A stretch of DNA of 64,000 bases from Alphaproteobacteria bacterium (GCA_965249135.1 OZ252220.1:518056-582055); one strand, 5' to 3'. Shown: positions 22,227-34,194, numbered from the stretch's first letter. A program made the numbers and translations. The notes: a model not told the origin generated them from the sequence alone.

Positions 22227-25200
22227 TTAGGTTTCCCGCAGCTCGGCCACGCCGGGCAGACGGATGATCGCTTCGCGGGTCGTGACCGAGAGGGCGAACT
22301 TGCCTGGAAGCCGCATCTCGATCTCCTCGGCCTCGCCGAACGGAAAGATCAGCTGGACGACGCCCTGACCGCGTTTTTCATTTTTAATCAATTGCTTAAG
22401 GCTTTCGATCGGACGGTCATCCAAGAGCCGAATTTGAATCTGGCCGCCGGTTTCGGCCGCCACCTTTTCGAGGCTCTGGATCTTCTGGGCGGCCATGCGG
22501 ATCGCGTCACCCTCCATGCGTGCATCCACCGTCACCAGAAGCGGCATGCCGGATTCCAACAACTCGCCGGCATTCGCCAGCAATTCCGAAAAAACGATGG
22601 CCTCATAAACCCCACTCGAATCGGAGAGCTGAATGAAGGCGAAGCGATTCCCCTTGGCGGAGGTCCGTTCCTGTTTGCCAATCACCGTACCGGCAAGCTG
22701 AACCCGTTCCGTCTTGCCGTCCGCCAGCCGGTCGAAAAGATCGGCCGCCGCCGTCACCTGCAAACGCTCGAGCAGTGGGCCATAGGCATCCAGGGGATGA
22801 GCCGAAAGGTAAAAACCGACCGCCTCGTATTCGCGACGCAGGCGGTCCATCATTGCCCATTCCGTGGTCTCGGGCAGAAATTCGGCGAAGGTTTCCGGCG
22901 ATTCCTGGAAAAGATTTTCCTGGTGGGCCGACCGTTCCTGTTGGGCGGCGCTCGCCCGCCCCATCAATTGATCGATCGCGGCAAACAACTGGGCCCGGTT
23001 CGCATTCAACTGGTCGAAGGCGCCTGCCTGGACGAGGCTTTCGAACTGGCGCCGATTCATGGCCCGGGAATCGAGACGCGAGACGAAATCGTAAATGTTT
23101 TCGAAGGCGCCGCCGTGCATCCGTTCCTCGACGAGCAATTCCATCGCATGGGCACCAACGTTCTTGAGCGCCGCCAGCGCGTACCGAATGGCCGATGCTC
23201 CCGTCTCTGCCTGCTCGACCGTGAAGACGACCCCTGAGCGATTGATGTCGGGCAGCAGCAGCGGCACCTTGAGGCGCGCCAGCTCCTGGCGAAGGCCATT
23301 CAGTTTGTCCGTATTGTTCAGGTCGAGCGACATCAGCGCTGCCAGGAACTCGACCGGATAGTTCGCTTTCAGATAGGCCGTTTGATACGCGACAAGCGCG
23401 TAAGCCGCGGCATGGGACTTGTTGAACCCGTAGCCAGCGAACTTGTCGACCTGTTCGAAGATGTGGGAGGCCCGCGCCTCCGGCACCCCCTTGGCAACGG
23501 CACCATCGACGAAGTTTTTCCGCTGGGCCTTCATCTCCGACTTGATCTTCTTGCCCATGGCCCGGCGCAGGATATCGGCAGCGCCCAGGCTGAAGCCGGA
23601 AAGCACCTGGGCGATCTGCATCACCTGTTCTTGATAGATGATGACGCCGGACGTTTCTTTCAGGATTCCTTCGAGAAGGGGATGCAGGTAATCCGGCTTT
23701 TCCCGGCCATGCTTACAGGCGATGTAACGGGGAATGTTGTCCATCGGGCCCGGCCGGAAAAGCGCAACCAGCGCGATGATGTCCTCGAAGCTGTCCGGCT
23801 GTAAGCGCCTTAGCACGTCCCGCATGCCGGAACTTTCCAGTTGGAAGACACCGACCGTCTCGCCAAGACCCAGCATCGTGTAAGTCTTCACATCGTCCAG
23901 CGGCAGCAGCGAAAGATCGACCTCGACCCCGCGGGCTTTGAGGAAATCGAGGGTTCGCGCGATCACCGTCAGGGTCTTCAGGCCAAGGAAGTCGAACTTC
24001 ACGAGGCCGGCCGACTCGACATACTTCATCGAAAACTGGGTCACCGGCATGTCCGAACGCGGGTCGCGATAAAGCGGGATCAGCTCGTCGAGTGGACGAT
24101 CCGCAATGACGACGCCGGCCGCATGGGTTGAGGCGTGGCGGTAAAGCCCCTCCAGCTTTATGCCGATAGCGAGCAGCTTGGCGACGGTCGAATCTTCTTC
24201 CCGCATTGCCTGCAGGCGGGATTCACGCGCGATCGCATCCTCAAGCGAGACCGGATTTGCCGGGTTGTAGGGCACCAGCTTGCAGATACGGTCGACCCGC
24301 CCGTACGCCATGCCCAGGACCCGGCCGACGTCGCGCAACACGGCGCGGGCCTGCAGGGTCCCGAAGGTAATGATCTGGGCGACCCGATCCACCCCGTATT
24401 TCTTTTGGACGTAGTGGATGACCTCGTCGCGCCGGTCCTGACAGAAATCGATGTCGAAATCCGGCATCGATATGCGCTCCGGATTCAGGAACCGTTCGAA
24501 AAGAAGGCCGAAGCGCAGGGGATCGAGGTCCGTGATCGTCAGCGCCCAGGCGACGACGGATCCCGCACCGGACCCACGGCCGGGACCGACCGGGATGCCT
24601 TCCCGTTTTGCCCATTGGATGAAGTCGGCGACGATGAGAAAATACCCGGGATAGCCCATGCGGCCGATGACATCGAGCTCGTATTCCAGACGTTCCCGGT
24701 AGCGCTTCGCAAGGCGCTCTTTTTCGTCTTTCTCCATCCCATCGTTGAAAACCTGGTTGGTGAGTCGCGTCTCGAGCCCGGCTTCCGACTGGCGGCGAAG
24801 CGTTTCCGTCTCGCTTTCGCCTTTTGGGATCGGAAAGGCCGGCAGAATCGGATCGTGCGCTTCCAACAGGAAGGCGCAACGCTTGGCGATGACCAGCGTG
24901 TTGTCGACCGCTTCCGGCAAATCGGCAAAAAGGCTGCGCATTTCGCTCGAGGATTTGAAACGATGCTCGGGCGTGAGCCGCCGCCGGTCCTTATCCGAGA
25001 CATGGACGCCTTCCGCGACACAAAGCAGCACGTCGTGGGCTTCAAACATGGCCCCGTCCGCAAAGAAGGCCTCGTTTGTCGCCACCAGCGGAAGCTCCAG
25101 CTCATAGGCAAGATCGAGGAGTCGTTCCTCCGTCGCCGTCTCCTCTTCCAGCCCGTGACGCTGGATTTCGACGTAAAGCCGACCCGGAAAAATCCGCGCA

Positions 25201-25694
25201 AGCGCGATCAAGCAATCGCGCGCTGCTTCCTCCTGCCCCTCCATGAGATGCCGGCCGATGGGGCCTTTCGCGCCCCCGGTAAGGACGATCAGCCCCTCGC
25301 CCGCCGCCTCGAGATCGCCAAGGGTGACGTACGGGTCCGCGCCCGATCCCTTTTCGAGGAAGGCCTGGCTGACCAGCCGGATCAGGCTTCGATAGCCCGC
25401 CTCGTTCTGCACGAGAAGTACAAGCGCGTTCTCACGCGCATTCTTTTCCGGACCCTTTTCTCCATTCGCCCCATGCGCCAGCGTGATCTGGCAGCCGAGG
25501 ATCGGCTGAACACCGGCCGCCGCTGCCGCCAACGAAAATTCGAGCGCGCCGAACAGGTTGTTGGTGTCCGTAATCGCGACCGCCGGCATCCGCTCCTTGC
25601 GGCAGCGTTCAACGATTCCAGGAATTTTGAGCGCGCCCTCGAGGAGCGAATAGGCGCTGTGAAGACGAAGATGAACGAAATCGGCGGTCGGCAT
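22227..25694 (-). CDS. dnaE: DNA polymerase III alpha subunit
   Basis: 1155-aa protein with PHP, polymerase core and OB domains. Confidence 0.95.
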   Translation of the reverse strand: MPTADFVHLRLHSAYSLLEGALKIPGIVERCRKERMPAVAITDTNNLFGALEFSLAAAAAGVQPILGCQITLAHGANGEKGPEKNARENALVLLVQNEAGYRSLIRLVSQAFLEKGSGADPYVTLGDLEAAGEGLIVLTGGAKGPIGRHLMEGQEEAARDCLIALARIFPGRLYVEIQRHGLEEETATEERLLDLAYELELPLVATNEAFFADGAMFEAHDVLLCVAEGVHVSDKDRRRLTPEHRFKSSSEMRSLFADLPEAVDNTLVIAKRCAFLLEAHDPILPAFPIPKGESETETLRRQSEAGLETRLTNQVFNDGMEKDEKERLAKRYRERLEYELDVIGRMGYPGYFLIVADFIQWAKREGIPVGPGRGSGAGSVVAWALTITDLDPLRFGLLFERFLNPERISMPDFDIDFCQDRRDEVIHYVQKKYGVDRVAQIITFGTLQARAVLRDVGRVLGMAYGRVDRICKLVPYNPANPVSLEDAIARESRLQAMREEDSTVAKLLAIGIKLEGLYRHASTHAAGVVIADRPLDELIPLYRDPRSDMPVTQFSMKYVESAGLVKFDFLGLKTLTVIARTLDFLKARGVEVDLSLLPLDDVKTYTMLGLGETVGVFQLESSGMRDVLRRLQPDSFEDIIALVALFRPGPMDNIPRYIACKHGREKPDYLHPLLEGILKETSGVIIYQEQVMQIAQVLSGFSLGAADILRRAMGKKIKSEMKAQRKNFVDGAVAKGVPEARASHIFEQVDKFAGYGFNKSHAAAYALVAYQTAYLKANYPVEFLAALMSLDLNNTDKLNGLRQELARLKVPLLLPDINRSGVVFTVEQAETGASAIRYALAALKNVGAHAMELLVEERMHGGAFENIYDFVSRLDSRAMNRRQFESLVQAGAFDQLNANRAQLFAAIDQLMGRASAAQQERSAHQENLFQESPETFAEFLPETTEWAMMDRLRREYEAVGFYLSAHPLDAYGPLLERLQVTAAADLFDRLADGKTERVQLAGTVIGKQERTSAKGNRFAFIQLSDSSGVYEAIVFSELLANAGELLESGMPLLVTVDARMEGDAIRMAAQKIQSLEKVAAETGGQIQIRLLDDRPIESLKQLIKNEKRGQGVVQLIFPFGEAEEIEMRLPGKFALSVTTREAIIRLPGVAELRET

Positions 25695-25822
25695 GCACTC
25701 TCCAAAGGGTTGGGCATCCGAAAGGCAAAGGGGTTGGGCTAGAATTTCACAGACGCCGAGGTTTGTCAGCGATCAGAAGAAAGCCGGACGGAGTTATCCA
25801 CAAAAAAATGCTTCGCGGCACC

Positions 25823-26503
25823 TTAACCCGGAACGACGGTGCCTTCCCGCAGGAAAAGCGTGCGATCCATACGCTTGGCCAGCTTCAGATTGTGGGTGGC
25901 GACCAACGCGGAAAGCCCGGCCTCGCGGACGAGGCGAATGATTTCCCCGAACACGGCATCCGCCGTCTTGTGGTCGAGGTTCCCGGTCGGTTCGTCCGCC
26001 AGCAGGATGGCCGGGCGGTTGGCAACCGCGCGCGCAATCGCCACGCGTTGCTGTTCGCCGCCGGAAAGCTCGGCCGGACGGTGGGCGAGGCGCCGGCCAA
26101 GGCCAACGATTTCAAGGAGTTCAACCGCCCTACCCGCCGCCTCTTCCCTTGAGGCCCCATCGATCATCTGGGGCAGCGCCACGTTTTCCAGCGCGGTGAA
26201 TTCCCCAAGCAGGTGATGGAACTGATAGACGAAGCCAAGCTCCGTGCGGCGAGCCTCGGTCCGGTCGAGATCGGAAAGCGGGCCACAAGGCCGGCCGCTG
26301 ATCTCGACCTCGCCGGAATTGGGCCGCTCCAACAGACCGGCGATGTGCAGAAGCGTCGATTTCCCGGCGCCGGACGGCCCAAGAAGGCCCACGATTTCAC
26401 CCTCTTCCACATCGAGCGATACCTCGCGAAGCACATCCAGCCTCGCTTCGCCCTGCAGATAGCTCCGCCGGATCGCATTCAGACGAAGGATCGGTTCACT
26501 CAT
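25823..26503 (-). CDS. lolD: Lipoprotein-releasing ABC transporter ATP-binding protein
   Basis: Walker [10 protein letters not shown] and the [14 protein letters not shown] signature identify an ABC ATPase. The start is taken at MSEPILRLN. Confidence 0.85.
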   Translation of the reverse strand: MSEPILRLNAIRRSYLQGEARLDVLREVSLDVEEGEIVGLLGPSGAGKSTLLHIAGLLERPNSGEVEISGRPCGPLSDLDRTEARRTELGFVYQFHHLLGEFTALENVALPQMIDGASREEAAGRAVELLEIVGLGRRLAHRPAELSGGEQQRVAIARAVANRPAILLADEPTGNLDHKTADAVFGEIIRLVREAGLSALVATHNLKLAKRMDRTLFLREGTVVPG

Positions 26504-27746
26504 AGCGAAGCGCTTCGACCGGATCGAGCCGCGCCGCCCGCCAGGCAGGATAGAGGGTGGCAAGAAAAGACAGAGCCAATCCCATGAGGACGATACCGCT
26601 TACCTCCGCCCAGTCGATCTTCACGGGCAAATGGGAAAGGAAGTAGATCTCGGCCGCGAAAAGCTCGGTTCCGCTGATGCCTTCGAGCAAATCGCGGATC
26701 GCTTCGATGTTCAGCGTGAAGGCAAGCCCCAGGATGAAGCCGGCGATCGTTCCCGTCACCCCTACGCCGGCGCCGCAAAGGAAGAAGATGCGCATGACCA
26801 TGCCGCGGGTGGCCCCCATCGTCCTCAAGATCGCGATCGCCTGTCCCTTGTCCTTCACCAGCATGATGAGGCTGGAGATGATGTTGAAGGCGGCAACCAG
26901 AATGATCAGTGTCAGGATCAGGAACATGACGTTCCGCTCGACCTTGATCGCGTTGAAGAAACTCGCATTCGACTCCTGCCAGTCGTAAATGCGTTTGCCG
27001 GCACCCGCCACGGCGACGATGCGCGGGCGAATTTCATCGACCCGTTCGGGATCGGTGAGCATCAACTCCAGGCCCGAAACCTTGTTTTTCAACCGAAAGA
27101 AGAGCTGCGCCGCATCGAGCGGCATGAAGATGAAGGAGCTGTCATATTCGTACATGCCAATCTCGAAGGTGGCACCGAGCGTGTAGCCACGCAGGCGCGG
27201 CACGGTGCCGAAAGCGGTGACGTTGCCCTGGGGCGAAATGAGGGTGAGTCGATCGCCGACCCTAAGCCCGAGCTTTTCGGCCAGCCGGCTGCCAAGGACG
27301 ATCGAATCGTCCTTGCCGTAAGCATCAAGGCTGCCCTCCTTGATCTGCTCCGCCACCATCTTGCGGGCCAGCAAGTCCTCGCGCCGAAGCCCGTGGACCA
27401 TGGCGCCGCGAGCGACACCGTTGGCGGTGGCCATCACCTGGCCTTCGATAAGCGGCGCCACCTCGACGACGTCCTCCAAATTGATGAGTTCGCCCTTCAG
27501 CCGGTCGAAATCCTCAAGGGGCACCCCCATGCCATAGACGCCAAGGTGGCCGTTGAGCCCCAGGATACGCTTCACCAGCTCTTCCCGGAACCCGCCCATG
27601 ACGGACATGACGATGATCAGCGTCGCCACGCCAAGCGCGATGCCAAGCAACGAAAAGCTGGCGATGATCGAGATGAAGCCTTCCTGCCGCCGCGATCTCA
27701 GGTAACGGCCGGCCACCATGCGCTCGAAGGGGGTAAACATGGTCAA
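26496..27746 (-). CDS. lolE: Lipoprotein-releasing system permease LolC/E
   Basis: 416-aa FtsX-like permease (MacB-type fold) immediately upstream of lolD. Confidence 0.85.
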   Translation of the reverse strand: MTMFTPFERMVAGRYLRSRRQEGFISIIASFSLLGIALGVATLIIVMSVMGGFREELVKRILGLNGHLGVYGMGVPLEDFDRLKGELINLEDVVEVAPLIEGQVMATANGVARGAMVHGLRREDLLARKMVAEQIKEGSLDAYGKDDSIVLGSRLAEKLGLRVGDRLTLISPQGNVTAFGTVPRLRGYTLGATFEIGMYEYDSSFIFMPLDAAQLFFRLKNKVSGLELMLTDPERVDEIRPRIVAVAGAGKRIYDWQESNASFFNAIKVERNVMFLILTLIILVAAFNIISSLIMLVKDKGQAIAILRTMGATRGMVMRIFFLCGAGVGVTGTIAGFILGLAFTLNIEAIRDLLEGISGTELFAAEIYFLSHLPVKIDWAEVSGIVLMGLALSFLATLYPAWRAARLDPVEALRYE

Positions 27747-29020
27747 CCTATGAGCCGCGCAAACGCAGATTCGGCTGAAAGTTCTTCGCTTTCACCATTA
27801 GCGCGACGTTTGAGCTCGACGACGCCGCTCTCTACCCCGCGCGGACCGATAACGAGCTGCCAGGGAAGGCCGATCAGATCCATCGTGGCGAATTTCACGC
27901 CGGGCCGCTCGTCACGGTCGTCATAGAGCACGTCGACGCCGGCCGCCTGCAGCTTTTCATAAAGCGCATCCGCCGCCGCATCGCAAGCCCCATCCCCACT
28001 CCGCAAATTCACCAGACCGACCCGGAAAGGTGCGACCGCTTCCGGCCAGACGATCCCCTTCGCATCGTGGCATGCCTCGATGATGGCGCCGACCAGGCGT
28101 GAAATCCCGATGCCGTAAGACCCCATCTCGACGACGATGGTCTCGCCGTTGGGCCCGGTCACCTGGGCGTTCATGGCTTGCGAATATTTCGTTCCGAAAT
28201 AGAAGATGTGGCCGACCTCGATGCCGCGCGCTTCGCGCAAGCGGTCCGGCGGCACGGCGCAAGACGCAGCATCGTGCTTCTCCTCCGTGCAGGCATAGAG
28301 CGCTTGGGCGGCCTCGACGTCGTCGGGGCCAAGGGAGTCGAGCTCCGAATCGTAGAAAATCCTGGTTTCGCCGGTCTCCGCCAAGACGTGAAATTCCTGG
28401 CTCAAGCTGCCGCCGATGGCGCCGGGATCGGCGCGCACGGCGATCGCGGTGAGCCCCATGCGGGCGAAGGTCCTGAAGTAAGTCTGGGCCATGTTCTCGT
28501 AGGACCGCTTCGCGCCCTCGAAATCGAGATCGAAGGAGTAGTTGTCCTTCATCAGGAACTCGCGGCCGCGCATGATGCCGAAGCGCGGGCGCACCTCGTC
28601 CCGAAATTTCCACTGAATTTGATAAAGGTTTTTCGGAAGATCCCGGTAGCTCTTGATGTAATGGCGGAAGATATCCGTGATCATTTCCTCATTCGTCGGC
28701 CCATAGAGCATCTCGCGCCCGTGGCGATCGCTGAAGCGCAGCATTTCCTGCCCGTAATCGTCGTAACGCCCACTTTCCCGCCACAATTCCGCCGGCTGGA
28801 TGGTCGGCATCAGGACCTCCTGACAGCCGGCCCGATCCTGCTCGTCGCGGACGATCCGCTCGATCTTCTTAAGGACGCGCAAACCCAGCGGAAGCCAGGC
28901 GTAGATACCGGCGCTGGTCTGGCGGACCAGCCCGGCGCGGAGGCTTAAGCGGTGGGAGATGACCTGGGCTTCGGCCGGGGTCTCCTTCAGGGTCGGCAGG
29001 AAATAAAGCGATAAGCGCAT
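27743..29020 (-). CDS. proS: Proline--tRNA ligase
   Basis: Class II aminoacyl-tRNA synthetase of the short alphaproteobacterial ProS type; likely start at [13 protein letters not shown]. Confidence 0.9.
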   Translation of the reverse strand: MRLSLYFLPTLKETPAEAQVISHRLSLRAGLVRQTSAGIYAWLPLGLRVLKKIERIVRDEQDRAGCQEVLMPTIQPAELWRESGRYDDYGQEMLRFSDRHGREMLYGPTNEEMITDIFRHYIKSYRDLPKNLYQIQWKFRDEVRPRFGIMRGREFLMKDNYSFDLDFEGAKRSYENMAQTYFRTFARMGLTAIAVRADPGAIGGSLSQEFHVLAETGETRIFYDSELDSLGPDDVEAAQALYACTEEKHDAASCAVPPDRLREARGIEVGHIFYFGTKYSQAMNAQVTGPNGETIVVEMGSYGIGISRLVGAIIEACHDAKGIVWPEAVAPFRVGLVNLRSGDGACDAAADALYEKLQAAGVDVLYDDRDERPGVKFATMDLIGLPWQLVIGPRGVESGVVELKRRANGESEELSAESAFARLIG

Positions 29021-29082
29021 GGGGCCTCGTGCGGAAGGGGCCAAAACTTTAGGCAATGGCCATCCTTAATGCAACGGCAGAC

Positions 29083-29526
29083 CTATTTCGTCTTGGTGAG
29101 CTCGCGGCAGATTGCCGCCAGCTCATCGACCGACTCGGTGGCCAGCGGCTGGCCGTTGAAATAGGCCTTGTCCCCCTTGACGGTGACGACGCCGATATTG
29201 GCCTCCGGTCGGAAAGGCTCCGACGTGGCAGGAACCCCGAACCGTTTGTCGATCCTGACCGTGATATCGATCGTGAAATCCTTCGGCACCGCGATGGGAT
29301 TGCTTCCCGCGACGTCGGCGGATACGACCGGCCGGCCGTGCACATCGACGCCCGGCTGGTATGCCACGTCGGCCGCCGGCACGTGTTTGACGATCTTCAG
29401 GCAATCCGTGCGGCTCACCGTCAGGGCGTCCTCAGCCGCCGCCGGCCCCGCATAGGCAAGGCAGGCGAGCAGGACGGCCAGCCGAAAGGCGGGTCGGTGT
29501 CTATGAATGTTTGTGCTCGGGCCCAT
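29083..29526 (-). CDS. Hypothetical exported protein (signal peptide, about 115-aa mature form), family unknown
   Basis: The N-terminus RLAVLLACLAYAGPAAAEDA resembles a Sec signal. I recognise no motif, and the gene is not part of the conserved proS...rnj block. Confidence 0.5.
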   Translation of the reverse strand: MGPSTNIHRHRPAFRLAVLLACLAYAGPAAAEDALTVSRTDCLKIVKHVPAADVAYQPGVDVHGRPVVSADVAGSNPIAVPKDFTIDITVRIDKRFGVPATSEPFRPEANIGVVTVKGDKAYFNGQPLATESVDELAAICRELTKTK

Positions 29527-29564
29527 GGCCGATCCCCTCCTGACTGCGGATTATAACCTCCGTA

Positions 29565-29596
29565 CAAGAAAAACGGCCGCGGCGTTAGCCGCGGCC
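29565..29596 (-). terminator. Rho-independent terminator after tag
   Basis: A perfect 9-bp stem GGCCGCGGC-TAAC-GCCGCGGCC is followed on the minus strand by GTTTTTCTTGT. Confidence 0.6.
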
Positions 29597-29745
29597 GAAA
29601 GTTCAGGGAGGAAACGTCCAGAAGACACCCTATCAGCCATGTAATTCGCAAAGCGAAACTGTAAGGCCTCCTCATGGATACATAGAATTTTGCATCCAGC
29701 CCTTAAAAAATGGTTAATATTTAAAGGAACTACCTGCCGGCATAG

Positions 29746-30297
29746 TCACGACTCATGCCCCCGTGTCCAGGGGGGTTTTGCTTTTAAAACAAGCTTGTAG
29801 ACCGGGCAACCGGGGTCATGGGCGCCCGGCAGATAGCCGGTCCCCATCAGGAATTCATTAACGATTTCTTTGCCCGTAAAGACGAATGCCTTGCGAAATA
29901 TTGGAATCCACTCTTCCAGACTTCGCGGGTAAAGGGAATCGAGCCAGTCCGCAAAGGAGCCGTGGGCGGCGTTGCGCAGGCTACGAAGGCGCCGGGCGTT
30001 CTCGATGGCCGCCTCGATCTTCCGCCGGTTTCGGATGATGCCGGCATCGCCCAACAGCCGGTCGATATCCCGCTTGCCGAAACGGGCGACCCGATCGATA
30101 TCGAAGGCGCGATACGCCTTGCCAAACGCCTCGCGTTTCTTCAGGACGGTGAGCCAGGAAAGCCCCGCCTGATTGATCTCCATGCAGAGACGTTCAAAAA
30201 GGACCGCATCGTCGCGGGTCGGAAAACCGTGTTCGTTGTCATGGAAGGGGCCGTGGAAGGGATGCCCTTTCGCGATCTCGCAATAGCTTGCCGCCAT
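29746..30297 (-). CDS. tag: DNA-3-methyladenine glycosylase I
   Basis: FHDNEHGFP...INQAGLSWLTVLKKRE...GIIRNRRKI motifs and a C-terminal Cys/His zinc cluster match Tag. Confidence 0.85.
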   Translation of the reverse strand: MAASYCEIAKGHPFHGPFHDNEHGFPTRDDAVLFERLCMEINQAGLSWLTVLKKREAFGKAYRAFDIDRVARFGKRDIDRLLGDAGIIRNRRKIEAAIENARRLRSLRNAAHGSFADWLDSLYPRSLEEWIPIFRKAFVFTGKEIVNEFLMGTGYLPGAHDPGCPVYKLVLKAKPPWTRGHES

Positions 30298-30298
30298 C

Positions 30299-30538
30299 TC
30301 AATCCGGTTCGCGGAAGGACAGCAGATCCGCTTCGATCACAGTGTAGACGATCGCCCAAAGCACGGTCGCAATCGCCGTCGTTGCGCCCACTTTTTTCCA
30401 CATATGCGGCTTGTCCGGGGCCCCCGCCATGTGCCCTTCCTCGACGACATCCGGCTGTCGCACCCCCCAGGGCAGCACCATGAAAAGGACGAGCCACCAG
30501 ATCATGGCGTAGACGAAAAGGCCGTTCATCCAGCCCAT
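30299..30538 (-). CDS. DUF1467 family small membrane protein
   Basis: MGWMNGLFVYAMIWWLVLFMVLPWGVRQ... matches DUF1467, a conserved partner of mce in alphaproteobacteria. The ORF-track N-extension overlaps mce. Confidence 0.7.
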   Translation of the reverse strand: MGWMNGLFVYAMIWWLVLFMVLPWGVRQPDVVEEGHMAGAPDKPHMWKKVGATTAIATVLWAIVYTVIEADLLSFREPD

Positions 30539-30539
30539 C

Positions 30540-30944
30540 TCAGACCTCTTCGAGTTCGACCAGCGTGCCGCAGAATTCCTTCGGGTGCAGAAAGATCGTG
30601 GGCTTGCCGTGGGCTCCGGGCTTCGGCTCGCCGTCGCCGAGGATGCGGACGCCAAGGGATTTCATCTTCTCCAGAGCGACCGTCATGTCGTCCACCTCAT
30701 AGCAAACGTGGTGGAGGCCACCGGCCGGATTGCGCTCCAGAAACTTTGCCACCGGCGATCCCTCGCCAAATGGGTGCAGCAATTCGATGTTCGTATTGGG
30801 CAACTTCACGAAAACGGTCGTCACCCCGTTTTCCGGCATGTCGACCGGCTCGGTAACGGTGGCGCCCAGTTTGCTCCGGTAAAGCTCGGAGGCGGCTTTA
30901 AGATCGGGAACGACGATCGCCACGTGGTTCAGTTTTCCAATCAT
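30540..30944 (-). CDS. mce: Methylmalonyl-CoA epimerase (VOC/glyoxalase fold)
   Basis: 134-aa protein beginning LNHVAIVVPDL with ...GGLHHVCYEVDD... Confidence 0.85.
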   Translation of the reverse strand: MIGKLNHVAIVVPDLKAASELYRSKLGATVTEPVDMPENGVTTVFVKLPNTNIELLHPFGEGSPVAKFLERNPAGGLHHVCYEVDDMTVALEKMKSLGVRILGDGEPKPGAHGKPTIFLHPKEFCGTLVELEEV

Positions 30945-30973
30945 GTTTCTTTCCCCTTGCAGAAACCCCTATT

Positions 30974-32653
30974 CTAGCCCGAATCCCCGTCCAGGCGCAC
31001 CAGATGGACTTCGACCTTCGGCTTCTTGCCGCTGACGTCGCGCAGGTAGCGCCGCGCCGCCAAGCGAATGGTGCGGGTGAGCACGTCCGCGTCCTTCCGC
31101 TCTTCCCCGCTAAGGTCGTCCAACGCCTCTGCCACCCGGATCGCCGCCTCTTCCAGCACGGCTGCGTCACTTTCCGCATCCAGAAGCCCAGGCGCCGTCA
31201 CCTTCGGAGCCGCGGCAAGCGCACCGCTGCCATCGATCACCGCCGTCGCCACGATGAGGCCGTCAAGATGCATGGATCTGCGGGACTTTATCGTCACATC
31301 GCCCAGAGAGACCAGCCGTTTGCCATCGAGCGCCAGCCGGCCGGTCGGCACCTCGTCGATAATGTCGGCGCTTTCCTTGGTGATCCGCAAGAGCTCGCCA
31401 TTCTCCACATGGATCGCGCCCGGTACCTGGCAGGCCTTGGCAAGCTCGACATGGGCCTTCAGGTGGCGCGGCTCCCCATGCATCGGGATGGCAAAGCGTG
31501 GCCGAACCCAGCCGTACATCCGCCGCAACTCCTCGCGCGCCGGATGGCCCGAGACGTGGACGTCATGATCCGCCGTCGTGATGACCTCGATCCCGTTGCG
31601 GGCGAGTTCATTCTGAAGGCCGGCGATGGCACTTTCGTTCCCGGGAATGACCCGCGAGGAAAAGATCACCACGTCGCCGGCCTCGAGCCGGATGTTTCGA
31701 TGCCCGCCTTTCACGATCTGGCTAAGGGCGGCGCGGGGTTCGCCCTGGGAGCCGGTGCAAACGATGACGATCTGGTCCCGCGGCATGTGGACGGCGGCCT
31801 CATCGTCAAGGAACGGCGGCAGATTTTTAAGCACGCCGGTCTCACGGGCCACGCCATCGATCCGCCATAAGGAACGGCCGGCAAGCGCCACTTCCCTGCC
31901 GTTCGCCTTCGCTGCGGCCGCAATCGAAGAGAGGCGCGCGACGTTCGTTGCGAAACAGGCGACGACGACGCGATTCGAAAAGCGTGCGGTCAATTCCGTA
32001 AGCCGCCCTTGCAAGTCCGCTTCCGACCCCGATTCGCCTTCGACAAGTGCGTTCGTCGAATCGTTCGTCATGGCCAGCACACCCTCTTTCCCCAATGCCC
32101 GCAAGGCCACCTCGTCCGGCGGCGTGCCGATCAGGGGGTCCGGGTCGAGCTTCCAATCGCCGCTATGCAGGACAAGACCGAGCGGGGTGCGGATCGCCAG
32201 CGCATTCGGCTCCGGGATCGAATGGGTGAGCGTCACGAAGGTAACCGCGAAGGGAGGAAGGTGAACCTCGCCGCCAAGGGCGACCTCGTGGATCGGCACT
32301 TCGCCTTCGAGGCCGGTCTCGGCGAGCTTGCGGCGAAGCAAGGCGGCGGTAAACGGCGTCGCGTAAACCGGACAGCCCAACCTCCGCCAGAGATAGGCGA
32401 CGGCGCCCAGATGATCCTCATGGCCATGGGTCAGCACGAGGCCGACGAGGTCTTCCCGGTGCGCCTCGATGAAGCTCAGGTCCGGCATCAGGATATCGAT
32501 GCCGGGCGTGCCTTCCGGGGCAAAGGTGATGCCGAGATCGACCATCAGCCATTTGCCGCCATAGCCATAGAGATAGCAGTTCATGCCGATCTCGCCGGCG
32601 CCGCCAAGCGGCAGGTAGAGAAATTCGTTCTTTTTCGGAAGCCTTGACGTCAC
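30974..32653 (-). CDS. rnj: Ribonuclease J (metallo-beta-lactamase/beta-CASP)
   Basis: The ...[16 protein letters not shown]... and HGHEDHLGA motifs identify RNase J. The start is set at the GTG (cac at 32651-32653) that overlaps the coaX stop in GTGA. Confidence 0.85.
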   Translation of the reverse strand: MTSRLPKKNEFLYLPLGGAGEIGMNCYLYGYGGKWLMVDLGITFAPEGTPGIDILMPDLSFIEAHREDLVGLVLTHGHEDHLGAVAYLWRRLGCPVYATPFTAALLRRKLAETGLEGEVPIHEVALGGEVHLPPFAVTFVTLTHSIPEPNALAIRTPLGLVLHSGDWKLDPDPLIGTPPDEVALRALGKEGVLAMTNDSTNALVEGESGSEADLQGRLTELTARFSNRVVVACFATNVARLSSIAAAAKANGREVALAGRSLWRIDGVARETGVLKNLPPFLDDEAAVHMPRDQIVIVCTGSQGEPRAALSQIVKGGHRNIRLEAGDVVIFSSRVIPGNESAIAGLQNELARNGIEVITTADHDVHVSGHPAREELRRMYGWVRPRFAIPMHGEPRHLKAHVELAKACQVPGAIHVENGELLRITKESADIIDEVPTGRLALDGKRLVSLGDVTIKSRRSMHLDGLIVATAVIDGSGALAAAPKVTAPGLLDAESDAAVLEEAAIRVAEALDDLSGEERKDADVLTRTIRLAARRYLRDVSGKKPKVEVHLVRLDGDSG

Positions 32654-33417
32654 GCGTTCAGCCGATAGATCTGGACAAGCCCCTGCAGGGTCAGGTCCGG
32701 CACCAGATGCTTGATGCGGTCCGTCGCATCGTTGAAGAGAGGGGCCAAGCCCCCGGTCGCCACGACCGTCGTGGGCTGTCCGAATTCTTCGGTCATGCGG
32801 GCAATCATTCCTTCGATCAATGCCACATATCCCCAATAGATGCCGGACTGCATGGCGCTCACCGTCGTCTTGCCGATGACGCTTCCCGGATTGCGAATGG
32901 CAATACGCGGAAGCTTCGCCGCCGCCAAATGCAGCGCTTCAAGCGAAAGATTGATTCCCGGTGCGATGGCACCGCCGCAATAGGCCCCCTCTGCATCGAC
33001 GAGGTCGAAGGTCGTCGCCGTCCCGAAATCGATGACGATCAGCGGGCCTTCGAAAAGCCGATGGGCGGCGACCGCATTGACCAACCGGTCGGCCCCTACT
33101 TCCTCCGGCCGATCCACATGAACCTCCAACCCCGGATCAACGCCCTCCTCGCCGACCACCATCGGGTCCGAGTTGAAGTAATCCCGGCACAGGCTCTTCA
33201 GGTGAAAGAGCGCCTCCGGCACGACGGAGGCGATGATGGCCGCATCGATATCAGCGGGTTTGCGATCTTCCGTCGCCATCAACTGGGTCAGCCACACGGC
33301 GTATTCATCCGAGGTGCGCATCGTCGCCGTCGAGCTTCGCCATTGACCTGCGATCTTCTCGCCATCGAAGATCGCAAAGACGATGTTCGTATTGCCTGAA
33401 TCGATTGCCAGCAGCAT
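32650..33417 (-). CDS. coaX: Type III pantothenate kinase
   Basis: [17 protein letters not shown]... matches the Bvg accessory factor family; 255 aa. Confidence 0.9.
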   Translation of the reverse strand: MLLAIDSGNTNIVFAIFDGEKIAGQWRSSTATMRTSDEYAVWLTQLMATEDRKPADIDAAIIASVVPEALFHLKSLCRDYFNSDPMVVGEEGVDPGLEVHVDRPEEVGADRLVNAVAAHRLFEGPLIVIDFGTATTFDLVDAEGAYCGGAIAPGINLSLEALHLAAAKLPRIAIRNPGSVIGKTTVSAMQSGIYWGYVALIEGMIARMTEEFGQPTTVVATGGLAPLFNDATDRIKHLVPDLTLQGLVQIYRLNA

Positions 33418-34194
33418 CTAGAGACTCTCTAAAATGTCCATTGGAAACACATCGCCGGATGTAACCCGGCTTGGGTCTTTGTCCCCTTCTTTCAAAACGA
33501 GAAGGGCGCCATCTTCATCGAGGCCCGTAAACGTTCCCTCGAAGGTTTCCTTGTCCAGCCGCACGCGAATCGGTCCACCAAGACCCGCCGCATGCCGCAA
33601 CCATGCCTCGCGTATGGGACGGAACCCTTCATCTCGCCACTCGTTGTAGCAAAAGAAGAAGGAGCGGCCGAACGCTTCCACCAATTCGGCGATTTCCGGT
33701 GGTTTGGCCCCTTGGGCATGAAGCGAGGTCGCCGGCCATTCGACCCCTTCCGGGTAGGTCTCGATGTTGATTCCGACGCCAAGCACGACCCATTCAAGGG
33801 TCTGCGTCTTGCCCATCGTCGATTCGGCGAGGATGCCGGCGATCTTACGGCCGTTCACCAGGACGTCGTTCGGCCATTTGTAGCGGAGGGGCGTGGCTTC
33901 GTCCAAATAACGGGAAAGGAAGTGGCCGACGCCAAGGGCGGCGACGAAGGCAAGCTGCAGGGCCTCCGCCACTTCGCAAGCCGGCTTCAGGATGAACGAG
34001 GCATAGAGGTTGCCGGGTGGCGAGATCCATTCCCGCCCACGCCGGCCGCGCCCTTTTGTCTGGGCTTCCGCCCACAGAAGCGTGCCATGGCCGGCGCCTG
34101 CCTCGGCGCGGCGGCGCGCCTCGCTATTCGTGCTCTCGGTGCGGCCGAGTGCGATGGAGGTAAGGGGCTGGTCTTGCTTGGACGTCGGCCTCAT
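33418..34194 (-). CDS. birA: Biotin--[acetyl-CoA-carboxylase] ligase
   Basis: 258-aa BPL catalytic domain (GRGRRGREW) followed by a C-terminal SH3-like domain. Confidence 0.85.
   Translation of the reverse strand: MRPTSKQDQPLTSIALGRTESTNSEARRRAEAGAGHGTLLWAEAQTKGRGRRGREWISPPGNLYASFILKPACEVAEALQLAFVAALGVGHFLSRYLDEATPLRYKWPNDVLVNGRKIAGILAESTMGKTQTLEWVVLGVGINIETYPEGVEWPATSLHAQGAKPPEIAELVEAFGRSFFFCYNEWRDEGFRPIREAWLRHAAGLGGPIRVRLDKETFEGTFTGLDEDGALLVLKEGDKDPSRVTSGDVFPMDILESL

Noticed and set aside
25695-25822. A direct repeat of GGGTTGGGC (x2) between the dnaE start and the lolD stop.
   Set aside because: Short and GC-rich, so likely chance, and there is no associated structure or ORF.
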